Origin: a virus
Taxonomy: Duplodnaviria > Heunggongvirae > Uroviricota > Caudoviricetes
Strand: one strand, 5' to 3'
DNA length: 64,000 bases
IMG/VR virus record: IMGVR_UViG_3300032318_002198
The position numbers and the translations under genes are program-made. Within the stretch, counting starts at the first letter, position 1; each line of letters opens with the position of its first letter. Below are positions 63,031 through 64,000 of this stretch, in pieces. A model generated the notes under the pieces. That model had not been told where the DNA came from, made no database searches, and saw only the letters and a list, made by a program, of their open reading frames with translations.

Positions 63031-64000
63031 GTGGCCTTCACACAAGATTTTTTCACCAGCAGAAGAAATTATGAAGACGGCGGGACACGCATAGGTCAAA
63101 AAGATCGTCTTTGGTATGACAGTGAAACTAATACCATAAGAGTCAGCGATGGTACAACTCCTGGAGGAGTTGTTGTAAGTGGTGGTGGTGGTGGTGCTCA
63201 AGGGGCTCGGGGATTTCAAGGCTTTCAGGGAATAGCCGGTAGTGGCATTCAAGGGGCTCAAGGCTTTCAGGGAATAGCCGGTAGTGGCATTCAAGGGGCT
63301 CAAGGCTTTCAGGGAATAGCCGGTAGTGGCGGTGCTGCAAGTTTAGATGCTATGGGCAATTTTGTTGTTATAGGCGGAGCATGTGCATTAACCACATCTA
63401 GTTGTTTTAATACATTTATTGGTTGCGGTGCTGGATTCTGTAACACCACCGGCGATTACAACAATTTTTTCGGGCGTTGTGCTGGATCTTCTAACACCAC
63501 CGGCAGTAACAATAATTTCTTTGGGTTCGATGCTGGATATTCTAACACCGCCGGCATCGGCAATAATTTCTTCGGTTCCTTTGCTGGCCGTTCTAACACC
63601 ACCGGTATCGGCAATAATTTCTTCGGATGTTATGCTGGACGCTCTAACACCACCGGCAGTTTAAATAATTTCTTCGGATGTTATGCTGGACGCTCTAACA
63701 CCACCGGCAGTTTAAATAATTTCTTCGGTTTTTGTTCTGGATACTATAACACCACCGGCAGTAACAATAATTTCTTTGGGTTCGATGCTGGATATTCTAA
63801 CACCGCCGGCATCGGCAATAATTTCTTCGGTTTTTGTTCTGGATACTATAACACCACCGGCAACGGCAATAATTTCTTCGGCATCAATGCTGGATATTCT
63901 AACACCACCGGCAGTTTAAATAATTTCTTCGGTTTTTGTTCTGGATACTATAACACCACCGGCAGTAACAATAATTTCTTTGGGTTCGATGCTGGATATT
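63031..64000 (+). CDS. fibre protein with short collagen segment and 17-aa beta-helix-like repeats; runs off the window (absent from ORF track)
   Basis: AAGGAG then GTG; MAFTQDFFTSRRN..GTTPGG..GAQGFQG..NTTGxxNNFFGxxAGxS (51-nt period). Confidence 0.8.
   Translation, partial: MAFTQDFFTSRRNYEDGGTRIGQKDRLWYDSETNTIRVSDGTTPGGVVVSGGGGGAQGARGFQGFQGIAGSGIQGAQGFQGIAGSGIQGAQGFQGIAGSGGAASLDAMGNFVVIGGACALTTSSCFNTFIGCGAGFCNTTGDYNNFFGRCAGSSNTTGSNNNFFGFDAGYSNTAGIGNNFFGSFAGRSNTTGIGNNFFGCYAGRSNTTGSLNNFFGCYAGRSNTTGSLNNFFGFCSGYYNTTGSNNNFFGFDAGYSNTAGIGNNFFGFCSGYYNTTGNGNNFFGINAGYSNTTGSLNNFFGFCSGYYNTTGSNNNFFGFDAGY

Noticed and set aside
63419-63664. 81-aa repeat ORF
   Set aside because: Off-frame reading of the 51-nt repeats of the gene starting at 63031.
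39129-64000. diversity-generating retroelement acting on fibre genes
   Set aside because: No reverse transcriptase and no adenine-specific TR/VR pair noticed in this window.

Overview
A 64-kb segment of a large lytic, T4-like/jumbo tailed phage, most likely infecting a proteobacterium (inference from sigma70-type promoters and host-like genes). Three parts: (1) 1-18.2 kb, AT-rich replication/metabolism genes: UvsW-like helicase, free-standing homing-type endonuclease, ADP-heptose/NDP-sugar operon, miniature DnaE-like protein, primase, gp41/DnaB-type helicase, YqgE, HNH, two probable head-internal proteins. (2) About 18.2-38 kb, a more GC-rich early block of small genes. It opens with a rightward gene almost free of GA/TC dinucleotides amid many GGGG/CCCC hairpins. 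About 40 leftward genes follow (RadC, HD hydrolase, two AAA ATPases, bL12-like, kinase, tRNA-Arg, tRNA-Lys), driven by about 20 sigma70 promoters sharing an ACCC-N11/12-GGGT dyad around the -35 box. It ends in an iteron-like repeat region where GC skew flips. (3) 38-64 kb, late/structural and accessory genes: tail-fibre, collagen and LamG proteins, two GT9-like glycosyltransferases, SleB hydrolase, ErpA, DNA ligase, IF1, a DinJ/YafQ-like pair, a thermonuclease and a candidate pseudoknotted RNA. The strongest leads for undescribed biology are the dinucleotide-purged putative first-entry gene and the operator-coupled promoter regulon. All calls come from reading the sequence; no database search was run.
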